This document shows, in pieces, positions 7,918 through 16,806 of a DNA stretch of 25,928 nucleotides. The stretch lies in the IMG/VR virus record IMGVR_UViG_3300025786_000008, positions 1-25,928 of that record; one strand, given 5' to 3'. This stretch comes from a virus (taxonomy: Duplodnaviria; Caudoviricetes). The first letter of the stretch is position 1. Every line of letters begins with the position of its first letter. Below the pieces are notes generated by a model. The model did no database searches, had not been told where the DNA came from, and worked only from the letters and a program-made list of their open reading frames with translations. The position numbers were made by a program, and so were the translations under genes.

Positions 7918-8802
7918 CTAACCCTTTATAGTTTGTCCTTTCTGTGCTCTAGCTCTTAGATCAGCTAACGCACTAGAGGTTTCTGTATCTCTAGCCTTAG
8001 GGTAGATAGGTTCTTTATTGCCAATTAGGTGTTTGAATATATCTTCGATACTTCCGCCTTTCTCTAGCGCTACATCTGTTCTTGAACCTGTTAGTGCTTT
8101 CATGGAGTAGTCAGTGGAACTTCCAACAATATGTTTCTTGTTCTTGACCTCTGTTAATATCACATGGTCAAAGTACTTAGCTGTGTTCCTAGAGAAGTTT
8201 GTACTTCCACACATAGGCACTAGTTTAACTGTCTTATCCTCTAAGTATGTTTCTGTTACATGAGTTATACACACAACATTATACTTTGCGTGCTGCAATA
8301 TAGATAGTAGTTTAGCTAGAATAGTTCCTTGGTGTGAATAGTCTGACCATTCAGGCTTTGCATCTTCAGGGGTATTCTTTAAAATCTTAGCCATTGTGCT
8401 ACTAGCTAACTGGGATATAGAGTCTATAACGACTATTGTATCTTTTGTAACTGTAGTTAGATCAATCGTAGTTATAGGTAACTCACTCTTTTTACATATA
8501 GCGCAACTAACTTTCCCGTGTGTATCACAAATGCTAACCTCTCCTGTTGCAGATAATACCTTGTTAATGGTCTCAATTCCAATAGGATATGTTTGAGTGT
8601 CTGGTAAGTTAATTAACTCTATGTTAGCTAGAGAGTTTTTAGGTAATTTAAATAAGGTAGAGTGCCCATTCTCTAAGTCGAACCAAATTAGCGGATGGTG
8701 CTTAGCTAAATCCCCTGCTAGTTTGGTCTTTCCCGTTTTAGGTTCTCCGTATATGATTACATGTTGGGCTGCATCATTCTTAGCTTCTGTCATCTTAGCC
8801 AT
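7918..8802 (-). CDS. Sak4-like (AAA_24) ATPase/single-strand annealing protein with putative Zn-finger insertion
   Basis: Walker A YGEPKTGKT, FDLENG, Walker B VVIDSISQL, CITH and FDHV; CDTH...CAIC insertion. Confidence 0.8.
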   Translation of the reverse strand: MAKMTEAKNDAAQHVIIYGEPKTGKTKLAGDLAKHHPLIWFDLENGHSTLFKLPKNSLANIELINLPDTQTYPIGIETINKVLSATGEVSICDTHGKVSCAICKKSELPITTIDLTTVTKDTIVVIDSISQLASSTMAKILKNTPEDAKPEWSDYSHQGTILAKLLSILQHAKYNVVCITHVTETYLEDKTVKLVPMCGSTNFSRNTAKYFDHVILTEVKNKKHIVGSSTDYSMKALTGSRTDVALEKGGSIEDIFKHLIGNKEPIYPKARDTETSSALADLRARAQKGQTIKG

Positions 8803-8818
8803 TTGTATTATTTCTCCA

Positions 8819-9304
8819 TTATAAATTAGTATTTACCACATCAAATGCAGATTCTTTCACGAACCGCAGCGCATAGCCGTTTTTCTCTACCGCTTTGATG
8901 CAGATATCAGGGGTCTGCTCTTTCACAAACTGCAACGCATAACCGTTTTCTTCAACAGCTGCCATGCAGATTTCATGGGTCTGCTCTTTCACGTACTGCA
9001 ACGCATAGCCGTTTTCCTCAACAGCTGCCATGCAGATTTCAGGGGTTTGGTCTTTCACGAGACCCAAAGCATCGTCGTTTTGCTCAACTGCTTTGATGCA
9101 GATTTCAGGGGTTTGCTCTTTCACGTATTTCAACGCTAAGCCGTTTTGCTCAACTGCTTTAATACAGATTTCTGGCGTCTGTTCTTTCACGTATTTCAAC
9201 GCATAGCCGTCTTTCTCCACCGCTTTGATGGCTTCTTCACCGCTTAGCGCGGCAATATCTGAAGCAGATGCGTTAAATCTTTTCAAAAATTCTCTTAGTT
9301 CCAT
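8819..9304 (-). CDS. DUF4116-like 22-aa repeat protein
   Basis: About six repeats of CxxAVEqNGyALqyVKEQTPEI. Confidence 0.85.
   Translation of the reverse strand: MELREFLKRFNASASDIAALSGEEAIKAVEKDGYALKYVKEQTPEICIKAVEQNGLALKYVKEQTPEICIKAVEQNDDALGLVKDQTPEICMAAVEENGYALQYVKEQTHEICMAAVEENGYALQFVKEQTPDICIKAVEKNGYALRFVKESAFDVVNTNL
8849..9232. repeat. 66-bp coding tandem repeat (~6 copies)
   Basis: Recurrent GCAGATTTCAGGGGTTTGCTCTTTCACG-like blocks at a 66-nt period. Confidence 0.85.
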
Positions 9305-9305
9305 T

Positions 9306-10205
9306 TTATTTCTCCATTGATTCTATAATATCTAAAAGGTTTAATTCTATTGTGTAATCTGTATCGTCTTCTTTAATTGCTTCCAAATCTAACTTTAAGT
9401 TTTTGTCTTTTAAGTTACAATAAGGTAAGTGAGGGCATTCTCTGAAGAAGTGGTAACAAGACTCCCCTCTCTTAGGGAAGTGATTCTCTTCTATGTAGTC
9501 TGTAATATGGTCACAATCCTTAAGAGTATCCTGTATCCAACTAACTTTCTGATTGAACAACTTTGTAAATGTAAAGTTTTCAAACTCTTGCTTAGAGCTT
9601 TTGTACACTAAGTATTCAACATCAAAACTAGCTCCTATGTTGTTGTCTTTGAGGGTGTCTAACACCACCGCATATCCTAGTGCTTGGCTAGAGTTACAGT
9701 ACATAGCTGGATTAAGATTAGTGAAGCCTGTAGTTTTTAACTCTAATACCTTTAATGCTCCTGTTTCTTTGTGGGCTAGTACAACATCAATAAATCCCCT
9801 GTATCTGTAACCATCAGGAAGGTTAATTGCAAAGGATAGTTCTGTTGCTGATTTACCTTTTATTGTAGCAACTTCATAATTGGCTAGGTCACTATGTTCA
9901 TAGTAATCTAAGAATTTATAGATAGCTAAGACCGCCATTGCGAAAGACTTTTTAGTTCTAGGCTCTGACTCTAACAGGTCATAGTCCCAAATAAGAAACA
10001 TCTTAAATATAGTTTCTTCTAGGGTGTCCCTAGCTAAGATTGATTGTATCCCTTCCCCTATTGCATGGCCGTAGGCAAAGGTAACACTTCTACTATCTTG
10101 AGGCCTTCTATCTGTAATTAGTTTGTCTAGCTGATACCGACGCGGGCAGGCATGTAATGTTAGCCCTCCAGAGTAGCTAAGAGTTTTAAGTGCTTGTGTT
10201 TTCAT
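9306..10205 (-). CDS. PD-(D/E)XK exonuclease, Cas4/RecB/AddB-like with predicted Fe-S cluster
   Basis: LSYS..ACPRRY, YGHAIGE, GFIDVV..LELKT and QALGY. The C-terminal C-x6-CP-x4-C plus the N-terminal Cys give four ligands. Confidence 0.85.
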   Translation of the reverse strand: MKTQALKTLSYSGGLTLHACPRRYQLDKLITDRRPQDSRSVTFAYGHAIGEGIQSILARDTLEETIFKMFLIWDYDLLESEPRTKKSFAMAVLAIYKFLDYYEHSDLANYEVATIKGKSATELSFAINLPDGYRYRGFIDVVLAHKETGALKVLELKTTGFTNLNPAMYCNSSQALGYAVVLDTLKDNNIGASFDVEYLVYKSSKQEFENFTFTKLFNQKVSWIQDTLKDCDHITDYIEENHFPKRGESCYHFFRECPHLPYCNLKDKNLKLDLEAIKEDDTDYTIELNLLDIIESMEK

Positions 10206-10570
10206 TCTAGGAATTCCTCTTGAAGTAACTTATAAACATCTAAATCTGGTAGGTATTTTATAACTAAGTTAGCTATATGGATAAGGTTATTTGAATCGCT
10301 GTATCCGTATAGGTTATAGTTAATACCTGTAGCAAGTGTTCTGTTTAGGTTTATAAGTGCTGAAATAATTAGGTGAGAGTTTTCACTTTTAGTTATAGTT
10401 AGTTCCCTAGGTGGCCAACCTCTCGCTGTATCTTTGTAACCTTTAGTTATAGGCTTGAATCTCTCAATTATCTGTTTTGGCTTATTTGTAGCTGTTAACT
10501 GTTTCCAAAATATAAGAAAGATTACATCTCTATAAGTTATAGTTATATCTTTAGATTTATAGGAGGTCAT
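10202..10570 (-). CDS. hypothetical protein
   Basis: Overlaps both neighbours; ATGA coupling with the nuclease gene. Confidence 0.65.
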   Translation of the reverse strand: MTSYKSKDITITYRDVIFLIFWKQLTATNKPKQIIERFKPITKGYKDTARGWPPRELTITKSENSHLIISALINLNRTLATGINYNLYGYSDSNNLIHIANLVIKYLPDLDVYKLLQEEFLE

Positions 10571-10820
10571 TCAAAGTTACCTTCTTCAGAGAAGGCTTCC
10601 TTTTCTTTTCTTTAGCCGTAATTATTTCAGTTTCTGTATACTTCTGTAAGCCTTTGGTTATAACTGCAATTTGTTCATCAGTTAAAGGCTGTATAAGTTG
10701 TGGGTTCTTAGCTAATTCTGTATGAATCTTTCTAAGAGTTTGAGGCATGAGAGGGGAAACTTCTAATAGTTGTTCCTCTAGTGTTAGAATCTCTGCTGTT
10801 AGCTGTTCTTGTAAATCCAT
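10557..10820 (-). CDS. hypothetical protein (87 aa, basic C-terminus)
   Basis: AGGAG RBS; operon packing. Confidence 0.8.
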   Translation of the reverse strand: MDLQEQLTAEILTLEEQLLEVSPLMPQTLRKIHTELAKNPQLIQPLTDEQIAVITKGLQKYTETEIITAKEKKRKPSLKKVTLNDLL

Positions 10821-10831
10821 AGTACTGGCTC

Positions 10832-11074
10832 CTATAACGCTTTTGACTTGCTTGTTATTAACATTAATTTTAAATAAGTTTCTTTCCTGTACGCAACTAG
10901 TCTTGCTCCGGGAAACTTTTGTTTATACTTGTTATCTAACCATTTTAACTTTTGAACCATGCGAATAAATCTAGTTTGCTTTCTTGGCTCTATGTCATAC
11001 TTGATTAAGATATTTGGGTTTTGTTTTAACTGAATCCAGTATTTTTTGTAGGTTGAATCTCCTTTCTTAGTCAT
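10832..11074 (-). CDS. small basic hypothetical protein
   Basis: AAGG RBS; Lys-rich; operon packing. Confidence 0.75.
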   Translation of the reverse strand: MTKKGDSTYKKYWIQLKQNPNILIKYDIEPRKQTRFIRMVQKLKWLDNKYKQKFPGARLVAYRKETYLKLMLITSKSKAL

Positions 11075-11104
11075 AAGAATTAACCTTGTCTTGTTTTTAT
11101 TACC

Positions 11105-11154
11105 AGTTGTCTTATAGATAATCTAAACTAAGTTAGACCATCTATAAGACAACT
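11105..11154 (-). promoter_or_regulatory. long RNA hairpin (22-bp stem including 2 G-U pairs), possible RNase III/processing site
   Basis: AGTTGTCTTATAGAT-GG-TCTAA-cttagt-TTAGA-TT-ATCTATAAGACAACT; no U-tract follows. Confidence 0.65.
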
Positions 11155-11187
11155 ACCCTAAGCTTCTAGTGTAGTTGCCTTGGTCAG

Positions 11188-11775
11188 TTAATCTAAGAAG
11201 TCTGCCAACTCTTGCTCATCTTGTGCTAACAACTGTTCCGCACGGGATGATAGATACTCATAGATAGCTGAGTATTTAGCCGCGTTATCTGTAGTTGTAA
11301 ACCATTGAGATAACAAGGATACAAGAACTTCTATAACAGCTTTGTTAGTTTTAACTGCATTGAACTTACCTTTCAATAAGGCCGCTGCCTTCTCTGCCTT
11401 CTCTGGTTCTTTAGCTAGGGTAGTAGTCATAACATGTACATAGTCTTGGATAAAATCTTCCCAATCTTCTTTAGTTAGTCCTAGGCCTCTAGTTGATTTA
11501 GGAATACTAGCTAGGTAGCTAATATCTAACTGGTCTTCGTTTAATAAGTCGCCAGTTACAAAATCTGGTCTGGAGTCTACTTGCTTCCGCGCTGCTGTAA
11601 CAATTTGTGAGTTGATGCCATCAAGAATCCAGCTATGGACGCTTATAGCTTCTTCATCGTTTAGATACTCTAAAACATCTGAAACCTCTAAAGTTGGGAC
11701 TTCAACTTCAACTGTATCTCTCTTGTTACCTTCCTCGTCTTTGCGGAAATAGAACGGCTGCTTAACTTTTTGCAT
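11188..11775 (-). CDS. hypothetical protein (195 aa, acidic C-tail)
   Basis: AAGGA RBS; first gene after the promoter at ~11865-11894. Confidence 0.85.
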   Translation of the reverse strand: MQKVKQPFYFRKDEEGNKRDTVEVEVPTLEVSDVLEYLNDEEAISVHSWILDGINSQIVTAARKQVDSRPDFVTGDLLNEDQLDISYLASIPKSTRGLGLTKEDWEDFIQDYVHVMTTTLAKEPEKAEKAAALLKGKFNAVKTNKAVIEVLVSLLSQWFTTTDNAAKYSAIYEYLSSRAEQLLAQDEQELADFLD

Positions 11776-11864
11776 GGTGTTATCCTTTTTGTTAGGTTAA
11801 TTTATATAAATTAAAACAAGGCCCAAAAGTTTAATGGGTATTATTCTTTTCGCCTTGGAATTTT

Positions 11865-11894
11865 ATTATACCCTTTTTTTGGGCAGGCTGTCAT
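11865..11894 (-). promoter_or_regulatory. sigma70-type promoter
   Basis: ATGACA-18 nt-TATAAT with an AT-rich upstream element (AAAAAATTTT). Confidence 0.65.
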
Positions 11895-11904
11895 TGAAAA
11901 TTTT

Positions 11905-12084
11905 TTACCTTACTAACGTTTCTGTAAGCTTTTCTTCTTCTTCTTCGCCTAGCTCTTTATCTGCTTTGTCTATCTTAACAAGCTCTAAAAACCTCCTTCT
12001 TATTTGACTAGCTTTTTTATTAACTCTCTTAGGGTTTAACTTAAGGTCTTTTTTAAATACTATCTGCTTTTTTATCTCTAACAA
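11905..12084 (-). CDS. small hypothetical protein, 59 aa (not in ORF track)
   Basis: TTG start overlaps the helicase stop, with GGAG upstream. Reads MLEIKKQIVFKKDLKLNPKRVNKKASQIRRRFLELVKIDKADKELGEEEEEKLTETLVR* and fills the gap up to the promoter. Confidence 0.55.
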   Translation of the reverse strand: MLEIKKQIVFKKDLKLNPKRVNKKASQIRRRFLELVKIDKADKELGEEEEEKLTETLVR

Positions 12085-13769
12085 TACCTTATTTCTCCCA
12101 TTTCGTTTTCAATTACTTTACCTTTAAAGAATTCTGCCTTCTCCTCTAAAGTATCCCCCGTTATACGCTGCTTAACTATACCCCTTTCAAAAGTATCTTC
12201 TTCACAAATAGTATATAAAGATTCTCTAGCCCGTGTAACTGCTGTATACAGTAGTTCTCTAGCTAACATAGTATTGTGCGAGCGGTGTAAGGCTAATATA
12301 ACTCTTCTCCATTCAGAGCCTTGCGCTTTATGGATAGTCATAGAGTATCCTAGCAATAGGTTGTTTATTTCCCCTGCACTAGTTAGTTCTATAATTTCAT
12401 CCTCTTCATCGTGCCTATCTAAAACTACTCCTACAACATGACTAGCTTGCCTCTTTCTATCCTCTGTTTCGTCACTAATAGAGGTCATACCCGACAAGAG
12501 TGTATCTAGGTCATCCTCTTTAGCAGCATCTGTATTGTAAGTAACTAACTCTGATTCCGTCGGCATGTTGGTTATCCCCCATCTATCTAAGTACTTGGAT
12601 TCCTTCTGGGGTGCCTTGCCTGTATAACCCACGTTAGTCTTTATTGAAACTATTGTTCCTAACTCTTTGTCTAGAAGTACTCTATCCCCAACCGCAAGAT
12701 ACATAGTTGAGAATCCTGTAACTATCTCATAGGTAGTTGCCCCTCTTTGCAGGGTTAGGTGATTTGCAATTATCTTGTTTAACTCTATTGTTCCAAAGGC
12801 TTTGTTGTAAGGACAAAGTAACATATCTTTTTCTATATCAAAGTAGTTAGCTTCTATTAGTTGTATAACTCTTTTTGCTGCTAGGTGTACCGCATCTTCT
12901 GGATACAGTCTCTTCTTCCAACTTTGTATTCTTATTACATCTGGTACTTCATATTTAGACCACTCTGATTTGGGTATTGGCCTACCCTCTAGTATTCTAT
13001 GAGCTAGTTGTATGATTGGCCCTGCATTTCTGTATACATGAGTTAGTTCAACTACAGGTAAGTTAAGGCAGGCAAAGCCTAATATACTGGAACCAAAAAT
13101 TGGGGGTATCTGGTTAATATCCCCAATAAAGATAAACATTACTTTGTGTTGTAGTGCGTCCAGTAGTTGTTTATACAAATCTAGCGATACCATGGAGGCT
13201 TCTTCAATAATAATCACTTTTACAGTTGGGTTTATAGGATTACTTGCGTTTCTCCTTGGTTCGAATACTCTTTTCGTGTGTAAGTATCCCTCACTATCTA
13301 CATCTTCGTGGAATACAGGTGCATATTCTAATAGTTTATGAATAGTTAGAACATTATTATGCATGGAAAGAGGTAAAGACTTCTTTAAATTGTTTACAGC
13401 ATTCCTTGTATAGGCAACGCCAATAATGCCGGGGGTTCCTCCTTTTAAGTATCTATGCCCGTCTGCTTCTATAATTGGAATAGATTTATTCTGCCCTAAC
13501 TTCTCTATTACTCCATAAGTACCTGTAGTTTTACCCGTACCTGCTGCACCTACAAGTACAAATGATTGTAGTTTAGAGGCTAGTTCCGTCGCATATACTT
13601 GTTCTTTATTTAGAGTTACAGCTTCATTATACTTATTTAGAATTGTTATTGTTTTTTCTGTTTCTCTGTTAGTTATAGTTGTACTTATATTGTTAGTTGT
13701 ATTTGTGACTCTCGCCGCCTGAGCTGCTCTAGCCTTCTCTATTAATTGTTGTACTCTAAGTTGGTTCAT
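12078..13769 (-). CDS. RecD/Dda-like SF1B DNA helicase
   Basis: GAAGTGKTT, TIHKLL, IIIEEASM, GDINQIPP, LTHVYRN, TIHKAQGSEW and LLYTAVTRAR. The likely start is ATG 13769. Confidence 0.9.
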   Translation of the reverse strand: MNQLRVQQLIEKARAAQAARVTNTTNNISTTITNRETEKTITILNKYNEAVTLNKEQVYATELASKLQSFVLVGAAGTGKTTGTYGVIEKLGQNKSIPIIEADGHRYLKGGTPGIIGVAYTRNAVNNLKKSLPLSMHNNVLTIHKLLEYAPVFHEDVDSEGYLHTKRVFEPRRNASNPINPTVKVIIIEEASMVSLDLYKQLLDALQHKVMFIFIGDINQIPPIFGSSILGFACLNLPVVELTHVYRNAGPIIQLAHRILEGRPIPKSEWSKYEVPDVIRIQSWKKRLYPEDAVHLAAKRVIQLIEANYFDIEKDMLLCPYNKAFGTIELNKIIANHLTLQRGATTYEIVTGFSTMYLAVGDRVLLDKELGTIVSIKTNVGYTGKAPQKESKYLDRWGITNMPTESELVTYNTDAAKEDDLDTLLSGMTSISDETEDRKRQASHVVGVVLDRHDEEDEIIELTSAGEINNLLLGYSMTIHKAQGSEWRRVILALHRSHNTMLARELLYTAVTRARESLYTICEEDTFERGIVKQRITGDTLEEKAEFFKGKVIENEMGEIRYC

Positions 13770-13794
13770 ATCTAACACCCTTTGTATTAAATAA

Positions 13795-14055
13795 CTATTT
13801 AAATATAACTGTTTCAAAATCGTCAAAGTTAAGGATTAGTCTTCTAGCTAAAGCTATTTTCTTAGCATTTACCAGTAACACTTCATGTGTAAAGTTACCA
13901 TATCTATCCACATTTTCAACTGCAATAACTGTATGGTTCTTTAAGGAGGCAGCAGCTAGTTTTTTATACCATTTAGTTGCTCTAAACCTTTTAGAGTACT
14001 CTACAGTTATAACTAGGCCTTGGCTCTTGTCTATCTTAGTTATGTATTGTTTCAT
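13795..14055 (-). CDS. hypothetical protein
   Basis: AAGGGG RBS. Confidence 0.7.
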   Translation of the reverse strand: MKQYITKIDKSQGLVITVEYSKRFRATKWYKKLAAASLKNHTVIAVENVDRYGNFTHEVLLVNAKKIALARRLILNFDDFETVIFK

Positions 14056-14072
14056 TGTCAGTACCCCTTTAT

Positions 14073-14321
14073 TTATAACTCAGCCATTAACTGCTGTTCA
14101 TATATATCTAACTCTTCATCGGTTGCAATGTTTCTTTTAACTTTTTCCTCTAAGGTTAACTCTCTAGTTGTTATTGTTTTAACTGCACCTATTCCTACTT
14201 TGAATAGGGCTGGTTTAACTATCCTAGTTATTTCATCTTTGAAGTTATAGTTTAACTCTTCATTGGTTGCGATAGCCTCTAACAATTTTGTTGTTAGAGT
14301 TACTCTTAATTTTGTAGCCAT
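14073..14321 (-). CDS. hypothetical protein
   Basis: AGGAG RBS. Confidence 0.8.
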   Translation of the reverse strand: MATKLRVTLTTKLLEAIATNEELNYNFKDEITRIVKPALFKVGIGAVKTITTRELTLEEKVKRNIATDEELDIYEQQLMAEL

Positions 14322-14355
14322 AGCTAACTCCTATAGTTGTTTAGTTGGAATCTAG

Positions 14356-14781
14356 TTATAAGATTCTCAGTTCTGTTATTGGTGCTCTAATTATAGGGTA
14401 ATAATCCCTAACTAGTACTAGTGCAATTGGGGGTATATTTAACTCTTTAATTGCATCCCTATAATGTATGATTATATTTGACGCGTTAATTAACTCAAAG
14501 TCAGTGAGAGGGCTGAAAAAAGAATAGTAGTTACCCTTAGACCCATTGACTAACTTAATCATTTCTGCTACTGTTACAGTTTTGAAATAGTAAGAATCCA
14601 ATAATTTTGACTGGTTCCTGTATAAAAGGTTTGGCTTAGTTAGAAACTCTTTGAATAGCTGTACTCTATTTGGGGATTTAGTTCCTTTTATAAAGTTATC
14701 TGCAAAGTTATCCATAGGTAACATAGCTTTAATTATTTCTTCAACTTTATGTTTGGGTGTGTTATTTGTGTTATTTTTCAT
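14356..14781 (-). CDS. hypothetical protein
   Basis: Overlaps the end of the upstream gene; GGAG upstream. Confidence 0.7.
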   Translation of the reverse strand: MKNNTNNTPKHKVEEIIKAMLPMDNFADNFIKGTKSPNRVQLFKEFLTKPNLLYRNQSKLLDSYYFKTVTVAEMIKLVNGSKGNYYSFFSPLTDFELINASNIIIHYRDAIKELNIPPIALVLVRDYYPIIRAPITELRIL

Positions 14782-15712
14782 TGTTAGCTAGTCTCCATCT
14801 TGCAAGGTCAATAAGGTAAGAAGTTCTTTCGGTGTAGTTATCTGCTATAGGCTTATTTGCACCTTTGTATTTATCCGTGTTGGTATTGTTGGAGGTGGTG
14901 TTGTTATTTGCTTCCAGTTCCCCTATAACTGAATTAAAGTCTATAGTTAAATCTGTTACTTCTTTTATGGCTTTATTTAGAACTTTAAATACAAGTAGGG
15001 AGTTATTGTTATCATTCTCTAAGTTTTCCAAGATGAAGTCGTATAGTTCGTCAATATCTGCCAAGGGAAAGTTAAACGCGTTAGCTGAATTTTTTACTAG
15101 TTGAGAGAACATATAACTGTAGTAGTTATCTAGGTAATCAAATATTTTACCCTTTTTAGTCTTTCTATTGGCTCCAGTAATTCGTGTGTGGTCAAATTCC
15201 AACGTCTGGAACAGCCATTTAGTTAAAGTTTTATCTAGGTTATTTGAATCACTAGATAAGATTTTATTTGCCGCTTTCTCTTTCCTCTGTTCTCTCCTGC
15301 TTATAGCTTCCCTCTCTCTTGTAGTTATTGTTTCAAATAATATTTTTATGTAGTTGTTTATAGTTAAAAGAGATTTTGAATCTAACCTTAGCTTTGGCAG
15401 GTCATAGCCACTAGTTTGTAATTTTGAGAAGCGTGGAAAGTGCCTGATTATTGTGGGTATTGCCTCTAACTGTTTTGGTGTTACTTGTTTATAATCCACT
15501 AGACCCTCAAGAATAACTAAGTGGGGATAGCTGTTAAGAAGTGCAATTAAGAATAAGGCCTTCTCTTTTGGGGTTGAAAAGTTACCCTTATTCTTGATTA
15601 GTTCGTCTTTGGATAGTAGGAAAATTGGGTGCGGTTGAGATTTATTCGACTTAACTAGGTCAAAGCCGTCCAGGTGAATTGGATATGAGGTTATCGAGCA
15701 AAATATTTTCAT
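14771..15712 (-). CDS. hypothetical early protein (313 aa)
   Basis: Long ORF with AAGGA RBS; no family recognised. Confidence 0.8.
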   Translation of the reverse strand: MKIFCSITSYPIHLDGFDLVKSNKSQPHPIFLLSKDELIKNKGNFSTPKEKALFLIALLNSYPHLVILEGLVDYKQVTPKQLEAIPTIIRHFPRFSKLQTSGYDLPKLRLDSKSLLTINNYIKILFETITTREREAISRREQRKEKAANKILSSDSNNLDKTLTKWLFQTLEFDHTRITGANRKTKKGKIFDYLDNYYSYMFSQLVKNSANAFNFPLADIDELYDFILENLENDNNNSLLVFKVLNKAIKEVTDLTIDFNSVIGELEANNNTTSNNTNTDKYKGANKPIADNYTERTSYLIDLARWRLANNEK

Positions 15713-15775
15713 CGTATGTATCCTTAATTAACTCTAGCTTAGTTACCTAAATAAATAACTAAGATAAATAAAGGT

Positions 15776-15807
15776 AAAAATAGATAAACCCTCAAAGTAT
15801 GAGGGTT
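15776..15807 (-). terminator. putative intrinsic terminator after the first early gene
   Basis: Minus strand AACCCTCA-TACTT-TGAGGGTT followed by TATCTATTTTT. Confidence 0.55.
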
Positions 15808-15833
15808 ATGGAGGGTTATAAGATAGCTATAAC

Positions 15834-16493
15834 TTATAGGAACTCGTCAATGCTCGTATCCTCTTCTTTCCTCTCTAGCCTTGTAATCATTGCGTTACTA
15901 ACTGCAGTCTGTTGCGGAGCTGATTTAATTAAAGCTATCAACTTAGAGGCCTCCTCTTCTGAAAACTTCGCATTTGGAGCTGCAATAGCTTGTAACTTCA
16001 GCAGGATTGTTTTTGTTCCTAGTGTCACTTTGTTATCATCAAAGCCTTTAGATATGAACTTAGCTATGAGAGATTCTTCCAGATAAGCTTCAAAGAATTC
16101 TTCAATTGACGCTTTAGTTAGAAGCTTAGTCCCTGTAGATTCTCTCATAACTTTTATGTCTACAAGGGTGGGTATTGTTAGTGTAGACCCGACTGTAAGG
16201 TTTTTATCTTTAATCTCTTTTCGTATAAACTCCTTTAAAAGCTCTTCCGCTCCATATGTATACACTAAGGCTTCAGTTTCCTCTAACATCGCTGGAGAAG
16301 ACAGCCACTTTGGCTTATCAAAGATAGCTTTTAACCCCTCCCCTAAAACCTTCCCTTCCCTGTTTTTGCGCGGTGCAGTCGCAAAAAGGTATTGATCCGC
16401 GCCAAGGGCTGTATCTACTTCATAAGGTACGAGAGTCGTTGAGTTACTTTTTTTAACTTCTGTTTGGTTGTATGTATTCATAGTCATATTCAT
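15834..16493 (-). CDS. first early gene, hypothetical protein with acidic C-tail
   Basis: AGAGGA RBS before ATG 16493 (ORF-track start 16526); directly downstream of the early promoter. Confidence 0.8.
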   Translation of the reverse strand: MNMTMNTYNQTEVKKSNSTTLVPYEVDTALGADQYLFATAPRKNREGKVLGEGLKAIFDKPKWLSSPAMLEETEALVYTYGAEELLKEFIRKEIKDKNLTVGSTLTIPTLVDIKVMRESTGTKLLTKASIEEFFEAYLEESLIAKFISKGFDDNKVTLGTKTILLKLQAIAAPNAKFSEEEASKLIALIKSAPQQTAVSNAMITRLERKEEDTSIDEFL

Positions 16494-16573
16494 TTTTGCA
16501 ATCCTCTTGGATAAAATTAAAGTCATTACCTGCCGACTAAAGAATAAAAGTTATTCCCTAACCGTTAGATATT

Positions 16574-16620
16574 ATTATACATATATTTTTTGGAGTTGCA
16601 AGATTTATTTTTTATTTTAA
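16574..16620 (-). promoter_or_regulatory. strong sigma70-type early promoter with UP element
   Basis: TTGCAA-16 nt-TATAAT preceded by AAAATAAAAAATAAAT. Confidence 0.75.
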
Positions 16621-16643
16621 CTAAGTTAAATTTAGACCTTCCG

Positions 16644-16686
16644 ACCATTTAGCCATTTAGCCAATATGCCAGATTGCCAGACTGCC
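16644..16686 (-). repeat. left octamer array, 5 units (plus strand GCCANNNN)
   Basis: ACCATTTA GCCATTTA GCCAATAT GCCAGATT GCCAGACT GCC; three units are reverse complements of right-array variants. Confidence 0.85.
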
Positions 16687-16745
16687 GCAAGGGTTTTTGG
16701 GTCATATATGCAGAGGGTTTTTTGGGTCATCTGGATAGCAGGGTT

Positions 16746-16806
16746 GGTGTGTATGTTGTAACTAACTAGAGGTGTGTATGTTGTAACTAACTAGAGGTGT
16801 GTATGT
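16746..16806. repeat. 25-bp tandem repeat GGTGTGTATGTTGTAACTAACTAGA x2.4
   Basis: Exact copies at 16746 and 16771, partial copy at 16796. Confidence 0.95.

Noticed and set aside
860-16395. Numerous plus-strand ORFs within the leftward arm (e.g. 860..1087, 1156..1518, 2969..3253, 6597..7040, 15799..16086)
   Set aside because: They are antisense shadows of well-supported minus-strand genes, lack RBSs, and have the Ser/Leu/Ile/Phe-rich composition typical of reverse frames.
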